26,440 nt of DNA, from assembly GCA_028703745.1 (NCBI GenBank), contig JAQVME010000002.1, positions 1 through 26,440 of the forward strand. The letters run 5' to 3'. Shown piece after piece: positions 26,422-26,440 of this stretch. The stretch is from Clostridia bacterium (GTDB lineage: Bacteria > Bacillota > Clostridia > Christensenellales > DTU072). How positions within the stretch are numbered: position 1 is the first letter of the stretch; every line of letters begins with the position of its first letter. Under the pieces are notes generated by a model. The model did no database searches. It had not been told where the DNA came from and saw only the letters and a list, made by a program, of their open reading frames with translations. The position numbers were made by a program, and so were the translations under genes.

Positions 26422-26440
26422 ATGAAAACCATAGAAATAT
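26422..26440 (+). CDS. 5' fragment of next operon gene (MKTIEI..., truncated by window edge)
   Basis: AAGGA SD followed by ATG, 14 nt after the leuA stop. Confidence 0.5.

Overview
Core chromosomal segment, most likely from an anaerobic Clostridia-type Firmicute (inferred from T-box regulation, the Hcp/HcpR and desulfoferrodoxin genes, and a BclA-like collagen protein). No mobile elements or CRISPR arrays were seen. In order: a PocR-AraC regulator divergent from gldA-dhaK-dhaL; a DUF6054-like gene; an ArsB/NhaD/SLC13-type permease; a Crp/Fnr regulator divergent from 4Fe-4S protein-hcp; a Trp T-box upstream of a stand-alone trpB2; an archaeal-type AspRS; an orphan ORF; four tRNAs (fMet, Met, Glu, Val); desulfoferrodoxin; SulP; an ECF sigma factor with a membrane-anchored beta-propeller partner; a GNAT; a collagen-like protein; and ilvB-ilvN-ilvC-ilvD-leuA, continuing off the edge. 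The strongest unannotated signal is a ribosome-mediated attenuator ahead of ilvB. It has a 36-codon leader peptide with 20 Ile/Leu/Val codons and mutually exclusive 1:2, 2:3 and 3:4 helices. Second is a 38-codon Trp-containing uORF with its own terminator-like hairpin, sitting between the Trp T-box and trpB2. All structures were paired by eye and all product calls come from motif recognition; no database searches were run.
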